From positions 73,255-137,254 of the forward strand of contig CAVUMN010000002.1 in assembly GCA_963742735.1 (NCBI GenBank): DNA of 64,000 nt, read 5' to 3'. The notes beneath the pieces are model-generated. The model was not told where the DNA came from. It worked only from the letters and a program-made list of their open reading frames with translations, and made no database searches. This document shows positions 54,913-62,417 of this stretch, one piece after another (positions within the stretch are counted from its first letter, which is position 1; each line of letters opens with the position of its first letter). The translations under genes were made by a program, and so were the position numbers. This stretch comes from an uncultured Actinomycetes bacterium. GTDB lineage: Bacteria; Actinomycetota; UBA4738; JBBDTT01.

Positions 54913-55771
54913 TCTTGCTCTTGCACCGCTCCTCGTGCTGGGAGCCTGTACGCGCGATCCCCGGGACGACAGCGGCGGGCGGCTCCAGGTGGTGGCCAGC
55001 TTCTATCCGCTCGCCGAGGCGGCACGGCAGGTCGGCGGCGAGTTCGTCGAGGTGCGCGACCTGACTCCGCCGGGCGTCGAGCCACACGACCTGGAGCTCA
55101 CCACCGACCAAGTTGATGCATTGCTGGATGCCGACCTCGTCCTCACGATCGAGGGACTCCAACCTGCCGTCGACGACGCACTGGAAGAGGCCGAGGTGCA
55201 TGCTCTCCGGTTCGTTCCGTCCGGCGCGGATTCCCTTCCGTCAGGCGAGGATCCCCACTTCTGGCTCGACCCGTACGAGTGGTCGACGGTTGGCCATGGA
55301 ATTGCCCCAGAGCTCGCCGAGCTCGACCCCGATCACGCCCGGGACTTTGATCGCGAGGCGCACCTCTACCGGCGCGATCTCGAGGCCCTCGACCAGGAGT
55401 ACATGAAGGTTCTCGCAGACTGTGATCGCGACCTACTGGTGACCGCCCACGACGCGTTCGGTCGCCTGGCCGCCCGCTACGGCCTCCGCGTGGAGTCGAT
55501 CGCCGGGATCTCTCCGGAAGCCGAGCCGAGCCCGGCTCGCCTGGACGAGCTGACCGAGCTGGTCGAGCGAGAAGGCGTGACGACCATCCTCACCGAGGAG
55601 CTCGTGTCGCCCGAGGTGGCCGAGACCCTCGCCCGCGAGACCGGCGTCAAGACGGCCGTGCTGAACCCCATCGAGTCCCTCACCGACGAGCAGCGCGCGG
55701 CCGGGGAGGACTACCTGTCGCTGATGGAGACCAACCTGGACGCGCTGTCGGAGGCCCTCGGATGCCGCTGA
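54896..55771 (+). CDS. metal (probably zinc) ABC transporter substrate-binding lipoprotein, ZnuA/TroA family
   Basis: MRTILILALAPLLVLGAC lipobox. VVASFYPLAEAARQVGG...PPGVEPHDLELT...DPHFWLDP. Confidence 0.85.
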   Translation: MRTILILALAPLLVLGACTRDPRDDSGGRLQVVASFYPLAEAARQVGGEFVEVRDLTPPGVEPHDLELTTDQVDALLDADLVLTIEGLQPAVDDALEEAEVHALRFVPSGADSLPSGEDPHFWLDPYEWSTVGHGIAPELAELDPDHARDFDREAHLYRRDLEALDQEYMKVLADCDRDLLVTAHDAFGRLAARYGLRVESIAGISPEAEPSPARLDELTELVEREGVTTILTEELVSPEVAETLARETGVKTAVLNPIESLTDEQRAAGEDYLSLMETNLDALSEALGCR

Positions 55772-56517
55772 CCGGCCCCCTCCTCGAGGCGCGCGGGGTC
55801 ACGTTCGGCTACGGGCCGGAGCCGGTCCTCGAGGCCGTCGACGTCGCCGTCCACCCCGGCGAGTACGTCGCGCTCGTCGGGCCGAACGGCTCGGGGAAGT
55901 CGACGCTGCTCAAGCTCCTCCTCGGCCTGCTCCAGCCGCAGGCGGGCACGGTCCATCTCTTCGGCGAGCCGCCGGAGCGCTTCCGCGACCGCCGGCGCCT
56001 GGGCTACGTCCCTCAGCGTCCCGTCCTGGCCCGCGAGCTCCCGGCCACCGTGGCCGAGGTGGTCGCCACCGGCCGCCTCTCCGCCCGCGGCTGGCTCGGC
56101 CGGTTCGGGCCGGCCGACCGGGAAGCCGTCGACGGAGCCTTGCTGGCCGTCGCGCTCGCCGACGAGCGGAACCGGCTGGTCGGCTCGCTCTCCGGGGGAG
56201 AGCAGCAGCGCGCGTTCATCGCCCGCGCCCTGGCCAGCGGCCCGGACCTCCTGGTCCTCGACGAGCCCATCGCCGGTGTCGACGCGGCCTCGCAGCGCCG
56301 GTTCCGCGACACCCTTCGCTCGCTGGTGCGCGACCGGGGCACCGCGGTCCTGCTCGTCTCCCACGAGCTGGGCGCGGTGGGGGAGGACCTCGACCGCGTG
56401 GTCGTCCTCAAGCGGAGCGTCATCTTCGACGGCTCGCCCCAGGAGCTCGTCGAGTCGGGCGTGCACCTCGGCGTCCACCGCGAGGACCTTCCGCTCTGGC
56501 TGGAGGGCCTGCGGTGA
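55762..56517 (+). CDS. metal ABC transporter ATP-binding protein
   Basis: GPNGSGKSTLLK, LSGGEQQR, LLVLDEP. Confidence 0.9.
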   Translation: MPLTGPLLEARGVTFGYGPEPVLEAVDVAVHPGEYVALVGPNGSGKSTLLKLLLGLLQPQAGTVHLFGEPPERFRDRRRLGYVPQRPVLARELPATVAEVVATGRLSARGWLGRFGPADREAVDGALLAVALADERNRLVGSLSGGEQQRAFIARALASGPDLLVLDEPIAGVDAASQRRFRDTLRSLVRDRGTAVLLVSHELGAVGEDLDRVVVLKRSVIFDGSPQELVESGVHLGVHREDLPLWLEGLR

Positions 56518-57392
56518 TCGGCCTCGTCTATCCCTTCGAGCGCGAGTACATGCAGCTCGCCCTGGCTGCGGGCCTGGTGGTCGGAGTCAGCGCGCCACTC
56601 ATCGGGGCGTTCCTGGTCCAGAAGCGCATGTCGCTCATCGGCGACGGACTGGGCCACGTGGCGTTCGCGGGGGTGGCCGGCGGACTGCTCCTCGACGTCT
56701 GGCCGGTGTGGACCGCCCTGCTGTTCACCGTCGTCGCCGCGCTCGCCATCGAACGCCTTCGCGCCCGGGGGACCGCGAGCGGCGACCTGGCCCTGGCCCT
56801 GTTCTTCTACGGCGGGATCGCGGCCGGGGTCGTCCTGGCCGGCCGGGCCGGCGCACTGGACGCGAACCTCCTGCGCTACCTCTTCGGCCAGCTCATCACC
56901 GTGACCGGCGCCGACGTCCTCGCCGTCGCCGTGCTCGGCGGCGTGATCGTGGCCACGATCGCCGTCGTGGGCCGGGCGCTGTTCGCCACCGTCATCGACG
57001 AGGACTGGGCCCGCGTCGCCGGCCTGCCGGTCGGCGCCCTGAACGCCCTCCTGGCCGTCCTCACCGCGATCACCGTGGTCGCGGCCATGCGGGTGGTGGG
57101 GGTGCTCCTGGTCGCCGCGTTGCTCGTGCTGCCCGTGGCCAGCGGCCAGATCCTGGCCCGCTCGTTCCGGGGGGTGTTGGGATGGTCGACGCTGGTCGGT
57201 GCGGGCTCGGTCGTCGCCGGTCTGGTTGCCGCGCGACTGTGGTCGCTCGCCCCCGGCGGGACGATCGTCCTGGTGGCCGCGGGGGTCTTCGCCGTCGCCG
57301 CCGGCATCGTCCGCTTCCGCCGCGGCCGTCTGCCCGAGGTCGTCCACAGCGTCTCGGGCCACGGCGAGCCCCACGAGCATCCCCACAACTGA
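56514..57392 (+). CDS. metal ABC transporter permease (ZnuB/TroC family)
   Basis: 292-aa polytopic ORF overlapping the ATPase stop, with a His-rich C-terminal tail SGHGEPHEHPHN. Confidence 0.9.
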   Translation: MIGLVYPFEREYMQLALAAGLVVGVSAPLIGAFLVQKRMSLIGDGLGHVAFAGVAGGLLLDVWPVWTALLFTVVAALAIERLRARGTASGDLALALFFYGGIAAGVVLAGRAGALDANLLRYLFGQLITVTGADVLAVAVLGGVIVATIAVVGRALFATVIDEDWARVAGLPVGALNALLAVLTAITVVAAMRVVGVLLVAALLVLPVASGQILARSFRGVLGWSTLVGAGSVVAGLVAARLWSLAPGGTIVLVAAGVFAVAAGIVRFRRGRLPEVVHSVSGHGEPHEHPHN

Positions 57393-57395
57393 GCG

Positions 57396-57830
57396 ATGCG
57401 TGACGACCTGCATCTCACGGCCGCGACCCGCCTGAAGGCGACGCAGCAGCGCTATACGGAGGGACGGCGGGCCCTCGTTGACATCCTGGCCGCCGCGGCC
57501 CGGCCGGTCCCCGTCGACGACATCCTGGAGCAGGACCGCTCGTTGCCCCAGTCGAGCGTCTACCGCAACCTCGCCGTCCTGGAGCAGGCCCGAGTGGTCC
57601 GCCGCGTCCACGGCTCGGACGAGTTCGCCCGATACGAGCTGGCCGAGGACCTCTCCGAGCACCACCACCACCTGGTGTGCTCGAACTGCGGCAAGGTCGA
57701 GGACTTCGAGGCCCCCCCCGGCCTCGAACGGACGGTCCGCAGGGCGATGGACGCCGCCGAGCTGAGCGAGGGCTTCTCCGCCCACGGCCACCGCCTGGAC
57801 CTCGTCGGCCTCTGCCGCGACTGCGCGTGA
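57396..57830 (+). CDS. zur: Fur family transcriptional regulator, probably Zur
   Basis: 144-aa ORF with a winged helix, HHHHLVCSNCGKVEDF and C-terminal CRDC. It is the last gene of the metal-uptake operon and lies next to glyS, as in other Actinobacteria. The metal specificity is inferred. Confidence 0.7.
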   Translation: MRDDLHLTAATRLKATQQRYTEGRRALVDILAAAARPVPVDDILEQDRSLPQSSVYRNLAVLEQARVVRRVHGSDEFARYELAEDLSEHHHHLVCSNCGKVEDFEAPPGLERTVRRAMDAAELSEGFSAHGHRLDLVGLCRDCA

Positions 57831-57931
57831 GCGCGGCTGGTACGTTGTAGGGGCGACGCCTCCGGCAGCCGGTCGGGGGACGGAGGGGACCACGGCAGCC
57901 GGTCGCGGTTCCAGGAAGGGGTGAAATCGAT

Positions 57932-59260
57932 ATGGCCGACACCATGGAGGCCATCACCGCCCTCGCCAAACGGCGGGGGCTCATCTTTCCATCGAGCGAG
58001 ATCTACGGCGGGCTGCGCTCGTCGTGGGACTACGGCCCCCTCGGGGTCGAGCTCAAGCGCAACGTCAAGAACGCGTGGTGGCGGGCGATGGTCCAGGACC
58101 GTGCCGACATCGTCGGCCTCGACGCCGCGATCATCATGAAGCCCGACGTGTGGGTGGCCAGCGGCCACGTCGACTCGTTCTCCGATCCGCTCGTCGAGTG
58201 CGGCACCTGTCACAAGCGGTGGCGCCAGGATCACCTCACCCCCAACGAGGCGGGCGAGCTCGTCTGCCCCGACGACGGCGGCAAGCTGTCCGACCCCCGC
58301 CACTTCAACCTGATGTTCAAGACGTTCCTGGGCCCGGTCGACGACGAGGCGCACATCGCCTACCTGCGCCCAGAGACCGCGCAGGGGATCTTCGTCGACT
58401 TCGTCACCGTCCAGGCCGCGAGCCGCAAGAAGGTCCCGTTCGGGATCGCCCAGATCGGCAAGAGCTTCCGCAACGAGATCACCCCGGGGAACTTCGTCTA
58501 CCGCACCCGCGAGTTCGAGCAGATGGAGATGGAGTTCTTCGTCGAGCCCGGCACCGACGAGACCTGGCACGAGTACTGGATCGAGCAGCGCATGGCCTGG
58601 TACACGAACCTCGGCATCGACCCGACCCACCTCCGCGTCCGCGAGCACGAGCAGGACGAGCTCAGTCACTACTCCAAGCGAACCGTCGACATCGAGTACG
58701 CGTTCCCGTTCACCGACTGGGGCGAGCTCGAGGGGATCGCCAACCGCACGGACTTCGACCTGAAGGCTCACGAGAAGGCCTCCGGCGAGGACCTCACCTA
58801 CTACGACCAGGAGAACGACCGTCGGTACCACCCCTACGTCATCGAGCCGGCGGCCGGCGCCGACCGCGCCACCCTCGCGTTCATGCTGGATGCCTACACG
58901 GTCGAGGACACCACCACCGCGAGCGGCAAGACCGAGAAGCGAACGGTCATGCGGTTGCACAGGGACCTCGCGCCGATGAAGGTCGCGGTGCTTCCGCTCA
59001 GCCGACACGAGGACCTCGTCCCCGAGGCCAAGCAGGTGTTCGACCTGGTGAAGCGGCACTGGATGGCCGACTACGACGACTCAGGCTCGATCGGGCGCCG
59101 GTATCGCCGGCAGGACGAGGTGGGGACGCCCTACGCGGTGACCATCGACTTCGACACGGCAACCGACCGCGCGGTCACCGTTCGCGACCGCGACACCATG
59201 GCCCAGGACCGGGTCGCGGTCGACCAGCTGACCGGCTACCTGAAGGAGCGGTTGGACTGA
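57932..59260 (+). CDS. glyQS: glycine--tRNA ligase (alpha2 type)
   Basis: 442-aa ORF: [55 protein letters not shown]. Confidence 0.95.
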   Translation: MADTMEAITALAKRRGLIFPSSEIYGGLRSSWDYGPLGVELKRNVKNAWWRAMVQDRADIVGLDAAIIMKPDVWVASGHVDSFSDPLVECGTCHKRWRQDHLTPNEAGELVCPDDGGKLSDPRHFNLMFKTFLGPVDDEAHIAYLRPETAQGIFVDFVTVQAASRKKVPFGIAQIGKSFRNEITPGNFVYRTREFEQMEMEFFVEPGTDETWHEYWIEQRMAWYTNLGIDPTHLRVREHEQDELSHYSKRTVDIEYAFPFTDWGELEGIANRTDFDLKAHEKASGEDLTYYDQENDRRYHPYVIEPAAGADRATLAFMLDAYTVEDTTTASGKTEKRTVMRLHRDLAPMKVAVLPLSRHEDLVPEAKQVFDLVKRHWMADYDDSGSIGRRYRRQDEVGTPYAVTIDFDTATDRAVTVRDRDTMAQDRVAVDQLTGYLKERLD

Positions 59261-59307
59261 GCAGGCGACAGCCGGCCGCGCCGCTGGCCCTGCTCCTGCT
59301 CGCGACG

Positions 59308-60576
59308 GTGATCGGGCAGGGGATCGCCGTCGGCTCACGCCTGGCGAGCGAGCGCGAGCGGAGCGTCGTGCCCCACGTCACCCCGCTCGGCGAGGGCGTC
59401 ACCTCAGACGAGGCTCGCGCCGCCCTCTGTCAGCGCGAGGCCCCCTCGCCCGAACCGGCCACCACCGGCCCGCCGCTGCCCGAGCCCCTGCGTCCGGTCG
59501 CCGCCGCCGTCGAGGACATCCGCACGCTCAAGTTCAAGCGCTCCGTGAACCCCGAGGCCGTCACCCGCGAGGAGATGGCGCGCCGCGCCGCGGAGCTCAA
59601 CGCGGCCGCCTTTCCCGAGGACCGGATGGCCCGGCGAACCCTGGCATGGCGCACGATGGGCGTGATCCCTCCCGACGCCGACCTGGTCGAGCAGCTGCGC
59701 ACGTTCGCGCAGAACACGATCATCGGCTACTACGACACGCTGTCGAAGGAGCTCGTCTACGTCGGCACCGGTGACCCGAACCCTTACGAGCGGGTCATCC
59801 TGGCCCACGAGCTCACCCACGCCCTGGACGACCAGCACTTCCAGCTCGCGCGCCTGGACGCCATCGACGCGCGGTGCGAGGACGACGCCCTGATCGCCGG
59901 TGTCGCCATCGCGGAGGGCAGCGCACGGCTGACCGAGCTCATCTACATCTCCCGGGAGCTCACCCCGAACGAGTACGCGGAGTACCAGCAGGAGTCGCTG
60001 TCCGGCGGCTCGGCCCCGGTCGGCGTGAGCCCGTTCCTGATCAACCTGCTGCTGTTCCCGTACCCCTACGGCCAGACGTTCGCCCAGGGGATCGTGGCCA
60101 CCGAGGGCTTCGGCGGGCTCAACGGGGCGATGCGAACGCTCCCCGCGAGCACCGAGCAGATCCTGCACCCGAACCGGTTCCCCGAGGACGCGCCCCGCGA
60201 CGTCGACGTCCCCGACCTGGCCCCGGCGCTCGGGGAGGGATGGGCCGACCTTGACGTCTACGACGTCGGCGAGGCCTGGCTGCGCCTGGCCCTGACCCTG
60301 AAGCTCACCACCGTCGAGGCGGCGAGCGCGGCCGCCGGGTGGGACGGCGGCGAGTACCGGGCGTGGGCGAGCGGCGACCGGACCGCGGTCGCGCTCCAGA
60401 CCCTGTGGGACGACGAACGCGAGGCGGGGGAGTTCGCGCAGTCCATGCGCGCCTGGCTCGGCCGGACGGCGAGCGGCGCGGTCACCCGGGTCCACCGCGA
60501 CGGCGCGAGGGTGACGGTGCTGTGGGCCCCCGACGAGGACGCGTTGAACGCGATGTCCAACGGCGTCCGCGCCTAG
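59308..60576 (+). CDS. putative extracytoplasmic zinc metalloprotease (HExxH)
   Basis: In frame with ORF 58024..60576. VILAHELTHALDDQHF. The first canonical start is GTG 59308, but a signal/anchor-like segment (PLALLLLATV) lies upstream of it, so the start is unresolved. Confidence 0.6.
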   Translation: MIGQGIAVGSRLASERERSVVPHVTPLGEGVTSDEARAALCQREAPSPEPATTGPPLPEPLRPVAAAVEDIRTLKFKRSVNPEAVTREEMARRAAELNAAAFPEDRMARRTLAWRTMGVIPPDADLVEQLRTFAQNTIIGYYDTLSKELVYVGTGDPNPYERVILAHELTHALDDQHFQLARLDAIDARCEDDALIAGVAIAEGSARLTELIYISRELTPNEYAEYQQESLSGGSAPVGVSPFLINLLLFPYPYGQTFAQGIVATEGFGGLNGAMRTLPASTEQILHPNRFPEDAPRDVDVPDLAPALGEGWADLDVYDVGEAWLRLALTLKLTTVEAASAAAGWDGGEYRAWASGDRTAVALQTLWDDEREAGEFAQSMRAWLGRTASGAVTRVHRDGARVTVLWAPDEDALNAMSNGVRA

Positions 60577-61221
60577 CTACGCGGCGACGACCTCGGCCTC
60601 GGCGGGCAGCAGCGCGGCGATGGCCTCGCCCAGCCGGCGGGTCAGGTGCTGAGCGCTCTCGCCCTTGCGAGGCTTGAGGGGCTTGCCGTAGACGACCTCC
60701 AGGGGCACCCGTCGCTGCAGGAGCTTTCGGTGGGTCCGCGTCCAGATCCGTTGGGTGCCCCACACCGAGACGGGGATGAGCGGTGCGCCGGACTCCAGGG
60801 CCATGCGGGCGGCGCCGGTCTTCAGGCCGTCGATCCTGAACTCGATGTTCATCCGGCCCTCGGGATGCAGCCCGACCACATCGCCCTCCCGCAGCGCCTC
60901 GATCGCGAAGCGGAACGCCTGGGCCGGGTCGTCGTCGCGGTCGACGGGGATGTGGCGCATGGCCCGCATCATCGGGCCCGAGATCCTGTGGCGGAACGCC
61001 TGGGCATGCGAGATGAACCTGACCAGCCGGTGGCGGGGGATCGCCGCGTAGCCGATGAACACGAAGTCCAGGAAGCCGACGTGGTTGGCCGCCAGGATGG
61101 CGGGGCCGGTCAGGGGCAGGTTCTCCTCGCCGCGGACGGTGATCTTCCAGCGCAACAGGCGCATCAAGCTGACCGCGAACCAGACGACGAAGTTGTAGAA
61201 GCGATTCTTCTGCGGACGCAC
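60577..61221 (-). CDS. plsC: 1-acyl-sn-glycerol-3-phosphate acyltransferase family protein
   Basis: GTG at 61221, in frame with ORF 60577..61530. Acyltransferase motifs NHVGFLD and HPEGR. Confidence 0.8.
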   Translation of the reverse strand: MRPQKNRFYNFVVWFAVSLMRLLRWKITVRGEENLPLTGPAILAANHVGFLDFVFIGYAAIPRHRLVRFISHAQAFRHRISGPMMRAMRHIPVDRDDDPAQAFRFAIEALREGDVVGLHPEGRMNIEFRIDGLKTGAARMALESGAPLIPVSVWGTQRIWTRTHRKLLQRRVPLEVVYGKPLKPRKGESAQHLTRRLGEAIAALLPAEAEVVAA

Positions 61222-61274
61222 GAGCGCAATGGTAGCGATAACGGCCTCGTCCGCGAAGCCGTTGACACAAGGGG

Positions 61275-61685
61275 CTACTGCGTGACGGCGCTGATCTCGA
61301 TCAGGTGGCCGTCGGGATCGCGGGTGAACGCGCGGGTCTCGCGGCCGGACGTGACCGGCGGCGTCAGGAACTCGGCCCCGCGCGACCGCAGCGCCTCGTA
61401 CGCGGCCCGGCAGTCCGGGACCCGGATCGTCCAGGCGTGGTCGACCCGGTCGGGATCGTGAGGCACGTCGAACGTCACGGTCGGCTTGTCGGGTGTGGGG
61501 CCGCCGCCGGTCACGAGCAGGACCCAGCACCCCAGGAACCGCAGGACCACCGAGGTGCCGCCGTACTCGTACTCGACGGTCGCACCCAGGACGTCGCGAT
61601 ACCAGTCGCGGGAACGGGCGGCGTCGGAGACCACCAGGATCTGGGTGAGCTCCATCCCCTCGGCGGGGAACTCCGGAAACGACAT
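61275..61685 (-). CDS. VOC/glyoxalase family protein
   Basis: 136-aa ORF: MELTQILVVSDAARSRDWYRDVLGATVE...FTRDPDGHLIEI. Confidence 0.8.
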   Translation of the reverse strand: MSFPEFPAEGMELTQILVVSDAARSRDWYRDVLGATVEYEYGGTSVVLRFLGCWVLLVTGGGPTPDKPTVTFDVPHDPDRVDHAWTIRVPDCRAAYEALRSRGAEFLTPPVTSGRETRAFTRDPDGHLIEISAVTQ

Positions 61686-61711
61686 GTGGGCAGCCTATTG
61701 GCTGCCCACAT
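61684..61711 (-). terminator. strong stem-loop after cspA (12-bp perfect stem, 4-nt loop)
   Basis: The plus strand reads ATGTGGGCAGCC-TATT-GGCTGCCCACAT. On the minus-strand RNA it lies 28 nt after the cspA stop, and its 3' arm contains the ATG of the downstream VOC gene. There is no clear U-tract. Confidence 0.5.
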
Positions 61712-61739
61712 GCGTTGGGTTGCTACTTGAGCGGGATGC

Positions 61740-61952
61740 TCAGGCGGCGCTGGAAGGACGGACGTTGTTCGCCTGCGGGCCCTTCTGGCCCTGGCTGACG
61801 TCGTACTCGACCTTCTGGTTCTCCTCGAGGTTGCGGTACCCCTCGCCCGAGATCGCGCTGAAGTGCACGAAAACGTCGGCGGTTCCGTCGTCGGGGGTGA
61901 TGAAACCGAAGCCCTTCTCTGCGCTGAACCACTTCACGGTGCCAGTTGCCAT
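61740..61952 (-). CDS. cspA: cold-shock protein (CspA family)
   Basis: [34 protein letters not shown] carries the RNP1 and RNP2 motifs. AGGAGA RBS. Confidence 0.95.
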   Translation of the reverse strand: MATGTVKWFSAEKGFGFITPDDGTADVFVHFSAISGEGYRNLEENQKVEYDVSQGQKGPQANNVRPSSAA

Positions 61953-61978
61953 GTGCTGTTCTCCTATCTGACTGCTGA

Positions 61979-62080
61979 CTACTTCGCTTGCTTGCCCTTC
62001 TTCGCCTTGCGCTTTTCCTTCAGGCTCTTCTGGGCGGTCTTCTTACTACTTTTGGTTCCTCCCTTGTCCTTGTTGGCCAT
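61979..62080 (-). CDS. 33-aa lysine-rich small protein, hypothetical
   Basis: ATG at 62080 preceded by [42 protein letters not shown]. It lies 26 nt upstream of cspA on the same strand. Confidence 0.4.
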   Translation of the reverse strand: MANKDKGGTKSSKKTAQKSLKEKRKAKKGKQAK

Positions 62081-62102
62081 GAGGACTCCTCTCCTCGAGT
62101 GG

Positions 62103-62294
62103 CTAGGCCTTGCCGCCGGTGCGCCGGGCGGCCGCCGGGTTCGGGCCCCAACCGCGGTGGATCCCACACTCGTCGCTCGCGTTGTAGCGCGACAGCTGTG
62201 TGTCGCACACCGAACAGGTCCGACCTTGCCCGTAGGACTTCATGGGACGGTCGTTGCTGCCGGCCAGAGCGCCGATGCTGTGGGTTCGTTTCAT
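62103..62294 (-). CDS. 63-aa small protein with CxxC...CxxH zinc-ribbon-like motif, hypothetical
   Basis: ATG at 62294 preceded by GGGGAGGAG. MKRTHSIGALAGSNDRPMKSYGQGRTCSVCDTQLSRYNASDECGIHRGW... Third positions are G/C-rich. This is the 3' end of the otherwise spurious ORF 62103..63632. Confidence 0.5.
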   Translation of the reverse strand: MKRTHSIGALAGSNDRPMKSYGQGRTCSVCDTQLSRYNASDECGIHRGWGPNPAAARRTGGKA

Positions 62295-62417
62295 GCGATC
62301 GGGTCTCCTCCCCAAGCACCCGGGGTTCGGGAGCCGTAGGAAGAGCCTACCGCGTTTTGGCCCTCCCTCGCCCCGAGCGACGAACCCGCGCCGGATCGGC
62401 CCTAGACTCGACGCGCC

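Noticed and set aside
57831-57931. T-box riboswitch upstream of glyS (TGGTAC resembles part of the T-box sequence).
   Set aside because: The leader is only about 100 nt. It lacks a specifier loop, stem I and a terminator/antiterminator pair. The similarity is limited to 6 nt at the wrong (5') end.
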